Below, piece after piece: positions 43,375 to 58,400 of a stretch of DNA of 64,000 nucleotides (the first letter of the stretch is position 1; every line of letters starts with the position of its first letter). Both the position numbers and the translations under genes were made by a program. The notes under the pieces were generated by a model. It was given only the letters and a program-made list of their open reading frames with translations, had not been told where the DNA came from and did no database searches. This DNA is from Eledone cirrhosa. Its lineage: Eukaryota. Where the stretch lies: contig OZ024762.1 of NCBI GenBank assembly GCA_964016885.1, positions 22,382,001 to 22,446,000 of the forward strand, read 5' to 3'.

Positions 43375-43560
43375 AACACACAAACGCATATATATGTATA
43401 TATATATATGAATATATATGAATATTATATATATATATTTATATATATATATGAATATATATATATATAAATATATATATATAAATATATATATATAAAT
43501 ATATATATAAATATATATATAAATATATATATATAAAGATATATATATATATTTATACAT

Positions 43561-43618
<58 letters not shown>

Positions 43619-44165
43619 TTATGTATATATATATATATATTTATGTATAAATATATATAAATATATATATATATTTATGTATAAATATATATAAATATAT
43701 ATATATATTTATGTATAAATATATATAAATATATATATATATTTATATATAAATATATATAAATATATATATAAATATATATATATATAAATATATATAT
43801 ATATATTTATATATAAATATATATAAATATATATATATTTATATATAAATATATATATATTTATATATAAATATATAAATATATATATATATATTTATAT
43901 ATAAATATATATATATATTTATATATAAATATATATATATATATTTATATATAAATATATATATATATAAATATATATATATATATTTATATAAAATATA
44001 TATATATATATATATAAATATATAAATATATATATATATATTTATATATAAATATATATATATATATATATTTATATATAAATATATATATATATATATT
44101 TATATATAAATATATATATATAAATATTTATATATAAATATATATATATATATATTTATATATAA

Positions 44166-44248
<83 letters not shown>

Positions 44249-44249
44249 T

Positions 44250-44361
<112 letters not shown>

Positions 44362-44384
44362 AATATATATATATATATATTTAT

Positions 44385-44690
44385 AAGGAATTTATATCTA
44401 GTAACATTTATATACACACAGATGCACATCAATGCTAGCAAATATATAGGTTTTGTCTTATTAACAATCTGGTTCAATGCATGGGGTTGCAGAACAATAA
44501 TATGAGAGACGTAAAATAAGAAAAATTATAAAATTAACTTACTTACTAAAAAATCACTTCCAACTAATTAGTTTCTGGAATGGAGTAAATATATTTTCCG
44601 AAGAAACATATAGAAAATCATTCCGTCATTAGTTGGAAGTGATTTTTTAGTAAGTTAATTTTATAATTTTCTTATTTTACGTCTCTCATA
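44385..44690. mobile_element. Fold-back mini-element in (TA)n
   Basis: Arms ~44500-44568 / 44628-44690, tail 44385-44500. Confidence 0.7.
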
Positions 44691-44763
44691 TATATATATT
44701 TATATATAAATATATAAAAATATATATATATATGTATATATATATAAATATATAAAAATATAT

Positions 44764-44797
<34 letters not shown>

Positions 44798-44960
44798 TTA
44801 TATATAAATATATATAAATATTTATATATAAATATATATAAATATATATATATATATTTATATATAAATATATATAAATATATATATTTATATATATGTA
44901 TATATAAATATATATAAATATATATATATGTATTTATATATAAATATATATATATATATT

Positions 44961-45007
<47 letters not shown>

Positions 45008-45215
45008 ATATATTTATATATAAATATATATATGTTTATATATAAATATATATATATATATATATTTATATATTAAATATATATATGTTTATATATAAAT
45101 ATATATATATATATATTTATATATAAATATATATAGTTTATATATAAATATATATATATATATATTTATATATAAATATATATATTTATATATATATATA
45201 TATATTTATATATAA

Positions 45216-45246
<31 letters not shown>

Positions 45247-45283
45247 TATATTTATATATATATATATATATATTTATATATAA

Positions 45284-45314
<31 letters not shown>

Positions 45315-45341
45315 TAAATATCTATATATATTTATATATAA

Positions 45342-45372
<31 letters not shown>

Positions 45373-45457
45373 TAAATATCTATATATATATATATTTATA
45401 TATAAATATATATAAATATCTATATATATATATATTTATATATAAATATATATATAA

Positions 45458-45601
<144 letters not shown>

Positions 45602-45627
45602 GTATATTTATATATATATGTATTATA

Positions 45628-45661
<34 letters not shown>

Positions 45662-45668
45662 TATATTT

Positions 45669-45707
<39 letters not shown>

Positions 45708-45743
45708 AATATATTATATATATATATATATATATGTATATTT

Positions 45744-45821
<78 letters not shown>

Positions 45822-45825
45822 GCAA

Positions 45826-46097
45826 AGTTTTATTTAAATTGTTGGGTTAACAACGAGTAAATATTTATAACTGATATAAAAGCACTCAACAAGTATTTGG
45901 AGTATATTTACTACCAAATCAACTTTTCAAATAGAAGTCGAAGTTGAAAGGTATATCGAATGTATCTATTTATGAGACTGTTTATATTGTATTTTGTCTG
46001 AAGAAGGCATAACATATTTTTAATATGATATCCCTGAAATATATATAATGAAATAAATATGGTTTTATAAATATAGTTTCCATTTATTTAATATCGT
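45826..46097 (+). mobile_element. Family B fragment with HHR at 45991-46054
   Basis: ATTTTGT-CTGAAGA-AGG...CCT-GAAA-TATATA-TA-ATGAAAT. Confidence 0.8.
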
Positions 46098-46272
46098 ATA
46101 TATTTATATATATATTTATATATAAATATATATATATATATATTTATATATAAATATATATATAAATATATATATATATTTATATATATATATATAAATA
46201 TATTTAAATATATATATATAAATATATTTAAATATATGTATATACATATATATATATAAATATATTTAAATA

Positions 46273-46308
<36 letters not shown>

Positions 46309-46406
46309 TATTTATATATATATATATATATATATAAATATATTTATATATATATATATATATATAAATATATTTATATATATATATAAATATATTTATA
46401 TATATT

Positions 46407-46437
<31 letters not shown>

Positions 46438-46638
46438 AAATATATTTATATATATAAATATATTTATATATATTTATATATATATATATTTATATATATA
46501 TATTAGAAATGAGGTATTTTTTTACAAAATGAAAAATAACCGAGGTGTCCTACACGAGTGAAAGTATAAAGAGTTGAGATGGAGGGTCTGTGGATTTACT
46601 TCTGTGAGAAGAACCACAGACCCTCCATCTCAACTCTA

Positions 46639-46674
46639 CTTTTGAAAAGCAGAAGAACTGCGAAACCGGTAAAG
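46639..46674 (+). ncRNA. Minimal hammerhead with compensatory U3:A8 core
   Basis: CTT-TTGAAAA-GCAG-AAGAA-CTGC-GAAAC-CG-GTA-AAG then AATAAA; preceded by a long hairpin at 46570-46638. Confidence 0.7.
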
Positions 46675-46747
46675 GAACCAAATAAATATATATATTTTTT
46701 AAAAGAATAAGACTCCAGTTGCATTTTCGATTTCATCTTTTTTTCTT

Positions 46748-46780
<33 letters not shown>

Positions 46781-47162
46781 ATATATTTATGAAGTAATTC
46801 CATCGGAAAAGTCCAGGAAAAAAGAGTGCTCTATGTAAGCAACAGAGCTTAATTATTATTATTATGTAATAAACAACATAAGGCAATTATTCCATTTACC
46901 AGTGGTTTCTTAAAAGCAAAAGGTTTTGCTTTCAATCCTCAGAATGAAAAATCCTGGTTTGTTTATTGAATATGGATTCTAAAAACGAAAATGCAATCTA
47001 TATGAAAGTGAGGCTGGAAAAGGGAGGAGGAAAGGAAAAATAAAATAAAATAAAACTACACATGCAAACACACACAAAAAAACCCAAAAGCATACTTACA
47101 CACACACACATATATATACACATATAATTTGCACGCATACACACATACACATACACATACAT

Positions 47163-47207
<45 letters not shown>

Positions 47208-47300
47208 CACATACATACACATATATATATATATAAAAAGAGCGTACACCTACACACACATACACATATATATACACACATATACACATACATACACACG

Positions 47301-47336
<36 letters not shown>

Positions 47337-47362
47337 TACATATATATACACATGTACATATC

Positions 47363-47404
<42 letters not shown>

Positions 47405-47861
47405 CATATACACACATATACACATATACATACACACACACACACATACACACACACACACATGTGTGTGTACAAGCCTACACATACACACACACATATA
47501 TATACACACACATATACATACATTCACACAAACATACAACGTACATACATACACATACATGAATGCACTCCACTACATATTAACACACGCAAATAAATAT
47601 AAGAAAAAAATATATAAATAATGTTAACAAATATTTGACAGCGATACATGCCCCAGCTAACAGGACAGACACGCGTGGTAAGTAATACACACATAAGCGC
47701 ATATACATACGTTCGAAATAGTAAACACATACACACACTCTCACACATAAATATACATATACAAATACATAAACACGTACATACACATACATACGCAAAC
47801 ACGTACACGTATACAATATAAACACACACATGTATATGTAATTATATACACACACACACAC

Positions 47862-47908
<47 letters not shown>

Positions 47909-48202
47909 CAAAAATATAAAAATATAAACGCACACACACATATAAAAATATAAATACGTAAACACACATATACATACATAGCTAAACAATTATACACATG
48001 CAAATACGTATATATCAAAAGAACGCACAACCAAATACAAACACACACACATATATACACACACACACACCCACACACAAACCCACACATACGTAAAAAT
48101 AAATAAAAAAAAAACACACGCAACATATACATACATACACGTACATATACATATATACACACATACATATACACACATATATATACACGCATATATATAC
48201 AC

Positions 48203-48244
<42 letters not shown>

Positions 48245-48839
48245 GTACACGCACACATACACACATGCATACACATACACACACATATATACATGTGTGT
48301 ATGTGTAAAGCTCAGTATTAGATAAGACAAATGAACCTTACATAAACGTATATATAGTAGTAAAGTAATAAAGCCATACAAGGCAATTAATCCATTCACC
48401 AGAGGTTTCTTAAAAGCAAAAAAAGTTTCCTTCAATCTTCAGAATGAAATATACAAATACATACACACATACAGACACACACACACACATATATATATAT
48501 ATACATATATATATATATGTACATATATATATATATATATATATATACAGACATATATACACACATACACACACATACATATACACACATACATACACAT
48601 ATATATACATACACAAACATATACGTACACATATACATATATACACACAAAAATACATACACATACACATAGGTATGTGAAGGGCAAAACAAAAAGAATA
48701 TATGGGGTGGGGGGCCTAGAGGAGGTAAAAATATAAAGGGAGGTAAGGGAGAAAAAAATATATTTTTTAAATACAAGAGTACAGAAGGTAGAAGCAGCAA
48801 AATAAAAGCCGTAGCAAAAGTAAAGAGCAGAGAAGGAGT

Positions 48840-49481
48840 TCAAGGCGGTTGATTTATCGTAGGAGTGTCAATCCAGTTACAGATCAGATGCGATTTCAGA
48901 TGAGGACAGCATCTGAAGATCTCAGTCTTAGAGTTAAGGCAAGCGGAAGTGTCTCTCAAGTTCAGCAAAATCCTATACTTTTCTGTGGTACACAAAGAAC
49001 AATTCTTTGTGCCCCTTTGGTACTCCCTCGAATGGTCTAATATAGACCAATCAATAGAGTACGGGATATTACTATCCTTGAGATCCCATACCTTACTTGC
49101 GAGGGCCGTTGATGTTCGTTTATCTGAGTGTTTAAAAGAAGCGACATGTGAGTAAAATCTGGTTTTAAACCTGTCCTGGGTCATACCGACATATCGCTCG
49201 CTTCTGGCTGGCTGGTTGTTGATAACTGGCGTTATTTTAGCCTCATAAACGACAGATTTTGTTTTACATTTACCCTGCAATGGGCATTCATCCGGCTTCC
49301 TGCAACTGCATCCTGGATTTATCCTCGTACGGTTTGAACTGGTGATTTTGGATTTCATGGATGGACAACAAGAGTAGCTGATCTTAACTACATTCCTATT
49401 AAAAATCTTATGATATCTATGAATAGGAGGAAAATGTTTGTCTAATAGTTCAAGGAATTTCCTTCCTACATTAGTTTTGAC
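48840..49481 (-). pseudogene. PLE linker plus C-terminal GIY-YIG endonuclease, uninterrupted but 5'-truncated frame
   Basis: VKTNVGRKFLELLDKHFPPIHRYHKIFNRNVVKISYSCCPSM..CSCRKPDECPLQGKC..VVYEA..YVGMT..FKTRFYSH..CSLCTTEK..LNSKTE..CPH; partial inverted copy at 49483-49812 (+). Confidence 0.9.
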
Positions 49482-50407
49482 ATTTAAAACCAGATTTTAC
49501 TCACATGTCGCTTCTTTTAAACACTCAGATAAACGAACATCAACGGCCCTCGCAAGTAAGGTATGGGATCTCAAGGATAGTAATATCCCGTACTCTATTG
49601 ATTGGTCTATATTAGACCATTCGAGGGAGTACCAAAGGGGCACAAAGAATTGTTCTTTGTGTACCACAGAAAAGTATAGGATTTTGCTGAACTTGAGAGA
49701 CACTTCCGCTTGCCTTAACTCTAAGACTGAGATCTTCAGATGCTGTCCTCATCTGAAATCGCATCTGATCTGTAACTGGATTGACACTCCTACGATAAAT
49801 CAACCGCCTTGAACTCCTTCTCTGCTCTTTACTTTTGCTACGGCTTTTATTTTGCTGCTTCTACCTTCTGTACTCTTGTATTTAAAAAATATATTTTTTT
49901 CTCCCTTACCTCCCTTTATATTTTTACCTCCTCTAGGCCCCCCACCCCATATATTCTTTTTGTTTTGCCCTTCACATACCTATGTGTATGTGTATGTATT
50001 TTTGTGTGTATATATGTATATGTGTACGTATATGTTTGTGTATGTATATATATGTGTATGTATGTGTGTATATGTATGTGTGTGTATGTGTGTATATATG
50101 TCTGTATATATATATATATATATATATATGTACATATATATATATATGTATATATATATATATGTGTGTGTGTGTGTCTGTATGTGTGTATGTATTTGTA
50201 TATTTCATTCTGAAGATTGAAGGAAACTTTTTTTGCTTTTAAGAAACCTCTGGTGAATGGATTAATTGCCTTGTATGGCTTTATTACTTTACTACTATAT
50301 ATACGTTTATGTAAGGTTCATTTGTCTTATCTAATACTGAGCTTTACACATACACACATGTATATATGTGTGTGTATGTGTATGCATGTGTGTATGTGTG
50401 CGTGTAC

Positions 50408-50449
<42 letters not shown>

Positions 50450-50741
50450 GTGTATATATATGCGTGTATATATATGTGTGTATATGTATGTGTGTATATA
50501 TGTATATGTACGTGTATGTATGTATATGTTGCGTGTGTTTTTTTTATTTATTTTTACGTATGTGTGGGTTTGTGTGTGGGTGTGTGTGTGTGTATATATG
50601 TGTGTGTGTTTGTATTTGGTTGTGCGTTCTTTTGATATATACGTATTTGCATGTGTATAATTGTTTAGCTATGTATGTATATGTGTGTTTACGTATTTAT
50701 ATTTTTATATGTGTGTGTGCGTTTATATTTTTATATTTTTG

Positions 50742-50790
<49 letters not shown>

Positions 50791-51247
50791 GTGTGTGTGT
50801 GTGTATATAATTACATATACATGTGTGTGTTTATATTGTATACGTGTACGTGTTTGCGTATGTATGTGTATGTACGTGTTTATGTATTTGTATATGTATA
50901 TTTATGTGTGAGAGTGTGTGTATGTGTTTACTATTTCGAACGTATGTATATGCGCTTATGTGTGTATTACTTACCACGCGTGTCTGTCCTGTTAGCTGGG
51001 GCATGTATCGCTGTCAAATATTTGTTAATATTATTTATATATTTTTTTCTTATATTTATTTGCGTGTGTTAATATGTAGTGGAGTGCATTCATGTATGTG
51101 TATGTATGTACGTTGTATGTTTGTGTGAATGTATGTATATGTGTGTGTATATATATGTGTGTGTGTATGTGTAGGCTTGTACACACACATGTGTGTGTGT
51201 GTGTATGTGTGTGTGTGTGTATGTATATGTGTATATGTGTGTATATG

Positions 51248-51289
<42 letters not shown>

Positions 51290-51315
51290 GATATGTACAT
51301 GTGTATATATATGTA

Positions 51316-51351
<36 letters not shown>

Positions 51352-51444
51352 CGTGTGTATGTATGTGTATATGTGTGTATATATATGTGTATGTGTGTGT
51401 AGGTGTACGCTCTTTTTATATATATATATATGTGTATGTATGTG

Positions 51445-51489
<45 letters not shown>

Positions 51490-51706
51490 ATGTATGTGTA
51501 TGTGTATGTGTGTATGCGTGCAAATTATATGTGTATATATATGTGTGTGTGTGTAAGTATGCTTTTGGGTTTTTTTGTGTGTGTTTGCATGTGTAGTTTT
51601 ATTTTATTTTATTTTTCCCTTTCCTCCTCCCTTTTCCAGCCTCACTTTCATATAGATTGCATTTTCGTTTTTAGAATCCATATTCAATAAACAAACCAGG
51701 ATTTTT

Positions 51707-51760
51707 CATTCTGAGGATTGAAAGCAAAACCTTTTGCTTTTAAGAAACCACTGGTAAATG
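51707..51760 (+). ncRNA. Type I hammerhead ribozyme in the PLE pLTR
   Basis: CATT-CTGAGGA-TTGAAAGCAAAA-CC-TTTTGCTTTTAA-GAAAC-CACTG-GTA-AATG. Confidence 0.9.
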
Positions 51761-51877
51761 GAATAATTGCCTTATGTTGTTTATTACATAATAATAATAT
51801 ATATATATTTATATATATATATTTATATATATATATATTTATATTTATATATATATATTTATATATATATATATTTA

Positions 51878-51966
<89 letters not shown>

Positions 51967-52055
51967 ATATTTATAGATATATATATATATTTTTATGTAT
52001 ATATTTATTTATATATATATATATATTTATTTATATATATATATATATATTTATA

Positions 52056-52094
<39 letters not shown>

Positions 52095-52151
52095 TTATAT
52101 ATATTTATTTATATATATATATACAGACACAAGAAACACACGCACATGCAT

Positions 52152-52194
<43 letters not shown>

Positions 52195-52496
52195 GTGTGT
52201 GTGTGTGATAGACAGATATATAGGTAGATAGATAGATAGAGACTGATAGATAGAGAAAAAGAGAAAGAGAGAAGTACGTAGATAGACAGATAGCTAGACA
52301 TGCTGACAGACTGACTGATAGATAAATAAATAGATAGATAGGTTTGTATCAAATATACAAATCAAATTTCCGTGCATATTGGTACAAATAAGAGTTGAGG
52401 GAAAGGAAGAGAAGGAGTGGGGCAGAGAGAAACAATGAAAGAATTACATTTTGAAAATAGATTAAGAGAAAGAGAGGGAGGCAGGGATAATATACG

Positions 52497-52541
<45 letters not shown>

Positions 52542-52802
52542 GAATATATGTGTATATATGTATGTATATGAATATATGAGTATATATGTATGTATATGAA
52601 TATATGTGTATATATGCATGTATATGTACATATGTGAGTATATATATACTTACATATATGTATATATGTATATATATACATATATGTATATACATATGTA
52701 TATATATATATGGATATAAATACATATGTATATGTATTTAAATAAATATATATATGCATATATATATGTATATATATATATATGTATATATATATATGTG
52801 TG

Positions 52803-52833
<31 letters not shown>

Positions 52834-52876
52834 GTATATGTATATATATGCATATATATATATGCATATATATATG

Positions 52877-52910
<34 letters not shown>

Positions 52911-53070
52911 TATGTGCATATACATATATATATGCATATATATATATACATATATACATGTATATATATACATACACACATATATTTTTACACATATATA
53001 TACATACACATAAATGTATATATATGTATATATAAATATACACACACACACACACATATGTACATATATA

Positions 53071-53107
<37 letters not shown>

Positions 53108-53183
53108 CACATATATTCATATATATATATATATATAATATACACATATATTCATATATATATATATACATAATATACACATA

Positions 53184-53255
<72 letters not shown>

Positions 53256-54233
53256 TCTATATATATATATGCATCTATATATATGTATATATATATATAT
53301 ATGGACAGTAAAAGAATGACTGCATGTGTTTCAGTGTATGTTGGATATATTATGAAGCTCGCGTAATATTCGTTCTTTCATTGTTCCTTCTTATCCAAAA
53401 TACACATCCATATTGTGAGAAACGGCAGAGGTTTTGATGATGTTCACTGAACAATGGCAGGGCAGTGTGAGCGTGTGAAGAGAGGGGTGTATGGGTGGAA
53501 GTGAAGGAGAGGGAGGGCGTAGGGGGGAGAGAGACAGGGTGAAAGAAAGAGAGGGAGAGGGAAGTGATAGTGGAGAGTTGGAAGTGGTGAATTGGTGAAA
53601 GAGGAGAGAGGCGAGACAGGGAGAGAGATTGAGGAGAGAGAAAGAGAGGGATATTGAGGGGAGAGAGACAAAAGTAGAGATATTGAGGGGAGAGAGAAGA
53701 CAGGGTGAGAGAAAGAGATTCAGGGGAGAGAGAAAGGGAGAGAGAGAGAGACAGAAGAGAGAAAGGTAGAGAGAGAGTGAAAGAGAAACGGTGATAAAAC
53801 TGAAGCCAAAGAGTATGATATTAGAGAGAAAGTGAGAGAGAGACAGACAGACAGAGAGAGGGAACGAGAGAGAGAGAAAGAGAGAAAGAGATAGAGAGAG
53901 ATTAGAGAGTAATAGGAAAAAAACCTGAAAGAGAGAAAAGTCTGAGCTACATATGAGGAAAATAGTAAAATAACAAACCACAAAACAAAACCTCACAAAA
54001 TACAAACACACAAACAAACAAACAAACGAAAAAAATGGAGGTTAATGCGAGAAAACATGGCGAATGAGATTTGACGCTGCGAGTATATGTTACATTTTAT
54101 GTCAATTGTGAATGGTTTATTATAGAGGCGAGCTATTATAGATTCTTCTTACTCGAATATTATATAGTTCTATTATTGCGGAAAACATACTTCAAACGAC
54201 CTTGATATGTATGTATATATAAATGTATGTATG

Positions 54234-54287
<54 letters not shown>

Positions 54288-54307
54288 GGGGTGTAAATAT
54301 ATATATT

Positions 54308-54339
<32 letters not shown>

Positions 54340-54348
54340 AATATGTAT

Positions 54349-54390
<42 letters not shown>

Positions 54391-54392
54391 AG

Positions 54393-54430
<38 letters not shown>

Positions 54431-54433
54431 AGG

Positions 54434-54498
<65 letters not shown>

Positions 54499-55033
54499 AT
54501 GTATGTACATATATGCCTGCGTGTGTATGTATGTACGTATGTGAGACAGATACAGTGGACATGTGTGTATCTATACAAACATATTCGTGCAGACATATTT
54601 ATCTCTCTCTATATATATATGTGTGTGTGTATGTGTGTGCACATATACGTTTCTTCATGTATATATATATATATATATATGTGTGTGTGCACATATACGT
54701 TTCTACATGTACATATATATATGTGTGTGTGTGTGTTTGCACGTCTGTGTGTGCAAGTGTGTATACATATACGTGTGTGGGTGCTATATATATATGAGTG
54801 TGTTTGTGTGTGGCTGACACGATATAATTGAAACTTGATATTATTTTTCTCTTATTGGGTATTCCCGCTAATTCGTTTTGCTTGATGGAGAAATTCTTTC
54901 TATACACAACAGCAAAGTATTTACTCATTAAGTTATACATTGTGTGCATAGCTGTGTGTATATGTGCATGTCTGTGAGTATATGTGTATATGTGTGCATG
55001 TGTGTGTGGTGCCTGTGTCTGTATATGTATGCA

Positions 55034-55069
<36 letters not shown>

Positions 55070-55174
55070 CGTATATATATATATATATATAGTTTTCAAT
55101 ATATATATATACGTATATATATATATCTAGTTTTCAATATATATATATATACGTATATATATATATCTAGTTTT

Positions 55175-55218
<44 letters not shown>

Positions 55219-55224
55219 AGTTTT

Positions 55225-55264
<40 letters not shown>

Positions 55265-55270
55265 AGTTTT

Positions 55271-55316
<46 letters not shown>

Positions 55317-55386
55317 GTATATATATATAGTTTTCAATATATATATATATATATATATATACGTATATATATATATATAGTTTTCA

Positions 55387-55422
<36 letters not shown>

Positions 55423-55621
55423 GTATATATATATATATATATATACGTATATATATATATATATACGTATATATATATATATATATACGTATATATATAT
55501 ATATAGTTTTCAATATATATATATATATATATACGTATATATATATATATATAGTTTTCAATATATATATATGTATATATTTATGTATATATATATATAT
55601 ATGTATATATATATTTATATA

Positions 55622-55657
<36 letters not shown>

Positions 55658-55842
55658 TGTATGTACAAACACACACACTATTTAAGTTAGTTTGATTACC
55701 AGTGGCTAGAACTGGTAGTTATGGCTGACAAACCAAGATGTGACATATCAAAGAATCAGCATTTTGCAAGTCATCCGCCGTAGATGTGGTATCTTGTGGT
55801 TGGTGCACGATAGGAGTAAAGTATTTATTACAGAAGGTCTGA

Positions 55843-55874
<32 letters not shown>

Positions 55875-55878
<4 letters not shown>

Positions 55879-56564
55879 CGTTTCTGAATTTGTTTAGCAA
55901 GATTCTTTATCTGAAATCGTGTGTTGAAACCGATATTGTTATACTTTGGGAGGGTCATGTTGCCAATAAGAAACACACGCACCAGTTGCTTTCACTTCAA
56001 TTTAATTTAATATATATTTATAAATTTACAAATTTATAAATTTCTGGTTGGTTGGTTGGTTCCACAACCAGATAGTTGTTTATATATATATATAGTCATA
56101 GTTCTTTCGTCACACACTCTGTGACCTCTTCAGTGACTGGGGATTTCTTTCTTCGTTTCTGTGCCTTTCCTTTCTTCTATCCTACGCCATTTTGTTTATC
56201 TACGCCATTTTGTTCGTCACACACTCTGTGACCTCTTCAGTGACTGGGGATTTCTTTCTTCGTTTCTGTGCCTTTCCTTTCTTCTATCCTACGCCATTTT
56301 GTTTGACAAACAAAATGGCGTAGGATAGAAGAAAGGAAAGGCACAGAAACGAAGAAAGAAATCCCCAGTCACTGAAGAGGTCACAGAGTGTGTGACGAAA
56401 GAACTATGACTATATATATATATAAACAACTATCTGGTTGTGGAACCAACCAACCAACCAGAAATTTATAAATTTGTAAATTTATAAATATATATTAAAT
56501 TAAATTGAAGTGAAAGCAACTGGTGCGTGTGTTTCTTATTGGCAACATGACCCTCCCAAAGTAT

Positions 56565-56570
<6 letters not shown>
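55875..56570. mobile_element. Family E fold-back element with HHRs at 56094-56138 (-) and 56367-56411 (+)
   Basis: Apex near 56305; AGTCA-CTGAAGA-GGTCACA-GAGTG-TGTGAC-GAAA-GAAC-TA-TGACT; internal partial duplication at ~56213-56305; tiny copies at ~20970-21020 and ~37965-37995. Confidence 0.88.
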
Positions 56571-56616
<46 letters not shown>

Positions 56617-56989
56617 CAACATGAATGGACCTGATACTTTTATCTAAAGACATTGTTTCCAATTCCACCCGTTCCGTCCCTTCAATCTATCTTATTTCTC
56701 ATCCTTTCTACTGATGAGGCCTGACTCTCCCCACTCCACCCGCCACCACCCCTACTCACCCCACACCCTTCCACCACCTGTTTACCCCCTTTTAATTTCA
56801 GTTTATTTTGATCATGCGTTTATTTTTAAATTTTCTCATTCCTTGTATTTTGATCATGCTTTATTTTTATTTTTTAGCTTTATTTTTTATCTTTATTTGT
56901 TATTTTTTTCATTCGCACCGTTACCTTTCGCTATATGTCTCTCCACCACTCCCCTACACACCTTTTGAACTCTGTTCCCACACACTTCT

Positions 56990-57023
56990 CACCTGAGGAA
57001 GGGCTTATGCCCGAAACGTCGTC
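56990..57023 (+). ncRNA. Minimal Penelope-type hammerhead
   Basis: CTGAGGA-A-GGGC-TTAT-GCCC-GAAAC-GTC; stem I weak. Confidence 0.65.
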
Positions 57024-57132
57024 CCCCACCTACCCCCCCACTCTCCTGAGCGTGAAATTAATAAACATTTATTGTACTGCCTCTCTGTTTTGTCCCTGTT
57101 CAAATTTTTCCATTATATATATATATATATAT

Positions 57133-57324
57133 ATTAAAATAACAGATTAAAGTTTAAGCAAAGAATCGTTTCAGAAGATCCCGTTAAGGGTGAAAGCAGC
57201 GATTCTTTGCTTAAACTTTAATCTGTTATTTTAATAAATATTTGCTCTACGGTTTTTATATATTTGATATATATTTATCCTTATTGAGCCCTCTTTGGAT
57301 TTTAGTCTTCAAATTTATTATTAT

Positions 57325-57330
<6 letters not shown>
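57133..57330. mobile_element. Family D fold-back mini-element (second copy ~59589-59695)
   Basis: Arms ATTAAAATAACAGATTAAAGTTTAAGCAAAGAATCG; centre CAGAAGA-TCCC-GTTAA-GGGT-GAAA. Confidence 0.7.
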
Positions 57331-57359
<29 letters not shown>

Positions 57360-57363
<4 letters not shown>

Positions 57364-57540
57364 ATATTAATAAATGGAAACTATATTTATAAGACCATAA
57401 TTATTTTATTATATATATTTTAAAGGCAACCAAGAGAAATTATGGTGCGCTTTCATCAGATAATACAAATTTGTTTTATAAATAAATATTGACATACCCG
57501 CATAAAGACATCCTTAACGGTTGAGGTTCGCAGGATAATC
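57360..57540 (-). mobile_element. Family B fragment, HHR GAAA mutated
   Basis: Homologous to 61945-62110. Confidence 0.7.
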
Positions 57541-57557
57541 TATATATATTTAGTCTA

Positions 57558-57790
<233 letters not shown>

Positions 57791-57821
57791 CAAACCAAAC
57801 ACTATTATTTATATCATATTT

Positions 57822-57880
57822 TAATTAACGTAAGTTTCATCCTTAATATTAAGAGCTCAATGTTGGATTCATCAGAACTA
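57822..57880 (-). ncRNA. Type I hammerhead ribozyme
   Basis: TAGTT-CTGATGA-ATCC-AACATTGAGCTCTTAATATTAA-GGAT-GAAAC-TTAC-GTT-AATTA. Confidence 0.8.
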
Positions 57881-58074
57881 AATAAGGTATGACTGCCTTA
57901 AACATTTTGTTCAAAAATATGTAAAGCATACCGGCAATTATCTGTCTTCGTATTTGGAAACTTATACTTTATATACACACACACGCGCACACACATACAT
58001 ACATACATACATACATACATACATACATACATACATACATACATACATACATACATACATACATACATACATAC

Positions 58075-58400
58075 ATTAAAAGACGGTTAAAAAATTGCAA
58101 ATTTATTATGCGCATTTCGAAAACATCATCATCCTGGGACAAAAATTGTGTTCTTATCAGATAAAATAAGTCTACATATGTCTATTAAGACTTTGCACTT
58201 TCCTGTTGACAAGTGTTTTTAGGCCTCATATCATGTTACCTTATTTTATCTGATGAGAACACACTTTTTGTCCCAGGATGGTGTTGTTTTCGAAATGAGC
58301 ATAATAAATTATATGGAACTTTTTTAACCATCTTTTAATTTCTTCTTTAATATATACTCCAGTTCCACCAACTATTGAGTGCTACTTATCTGATATATGC
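58075..58400. mobile_element. Fold-back element with HHRs at 58102-58165 (-) and 58245-58308 (+)
   Basis: TTTAT-CTGATGA-GAACAC...GTTTTC-GAAA-TGAGCA-TA-ATAAA; the inverted copy has CTGATAA and palindromic ATGCGCAT. Confidence 0.8.

Larger units (their letters stand above)
46790..51798. mobile_element. Palindromic 5'-truncated Penelope-like insertion, 2.3-kb arms
   Basis: 46855-49169 is the reverse complement of 49483-51798; four HHRs at 46893-46946 (-), 48393-48446 (-), 50206-50259 (+), 51707-51760 (+). Confidence 0.92.
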
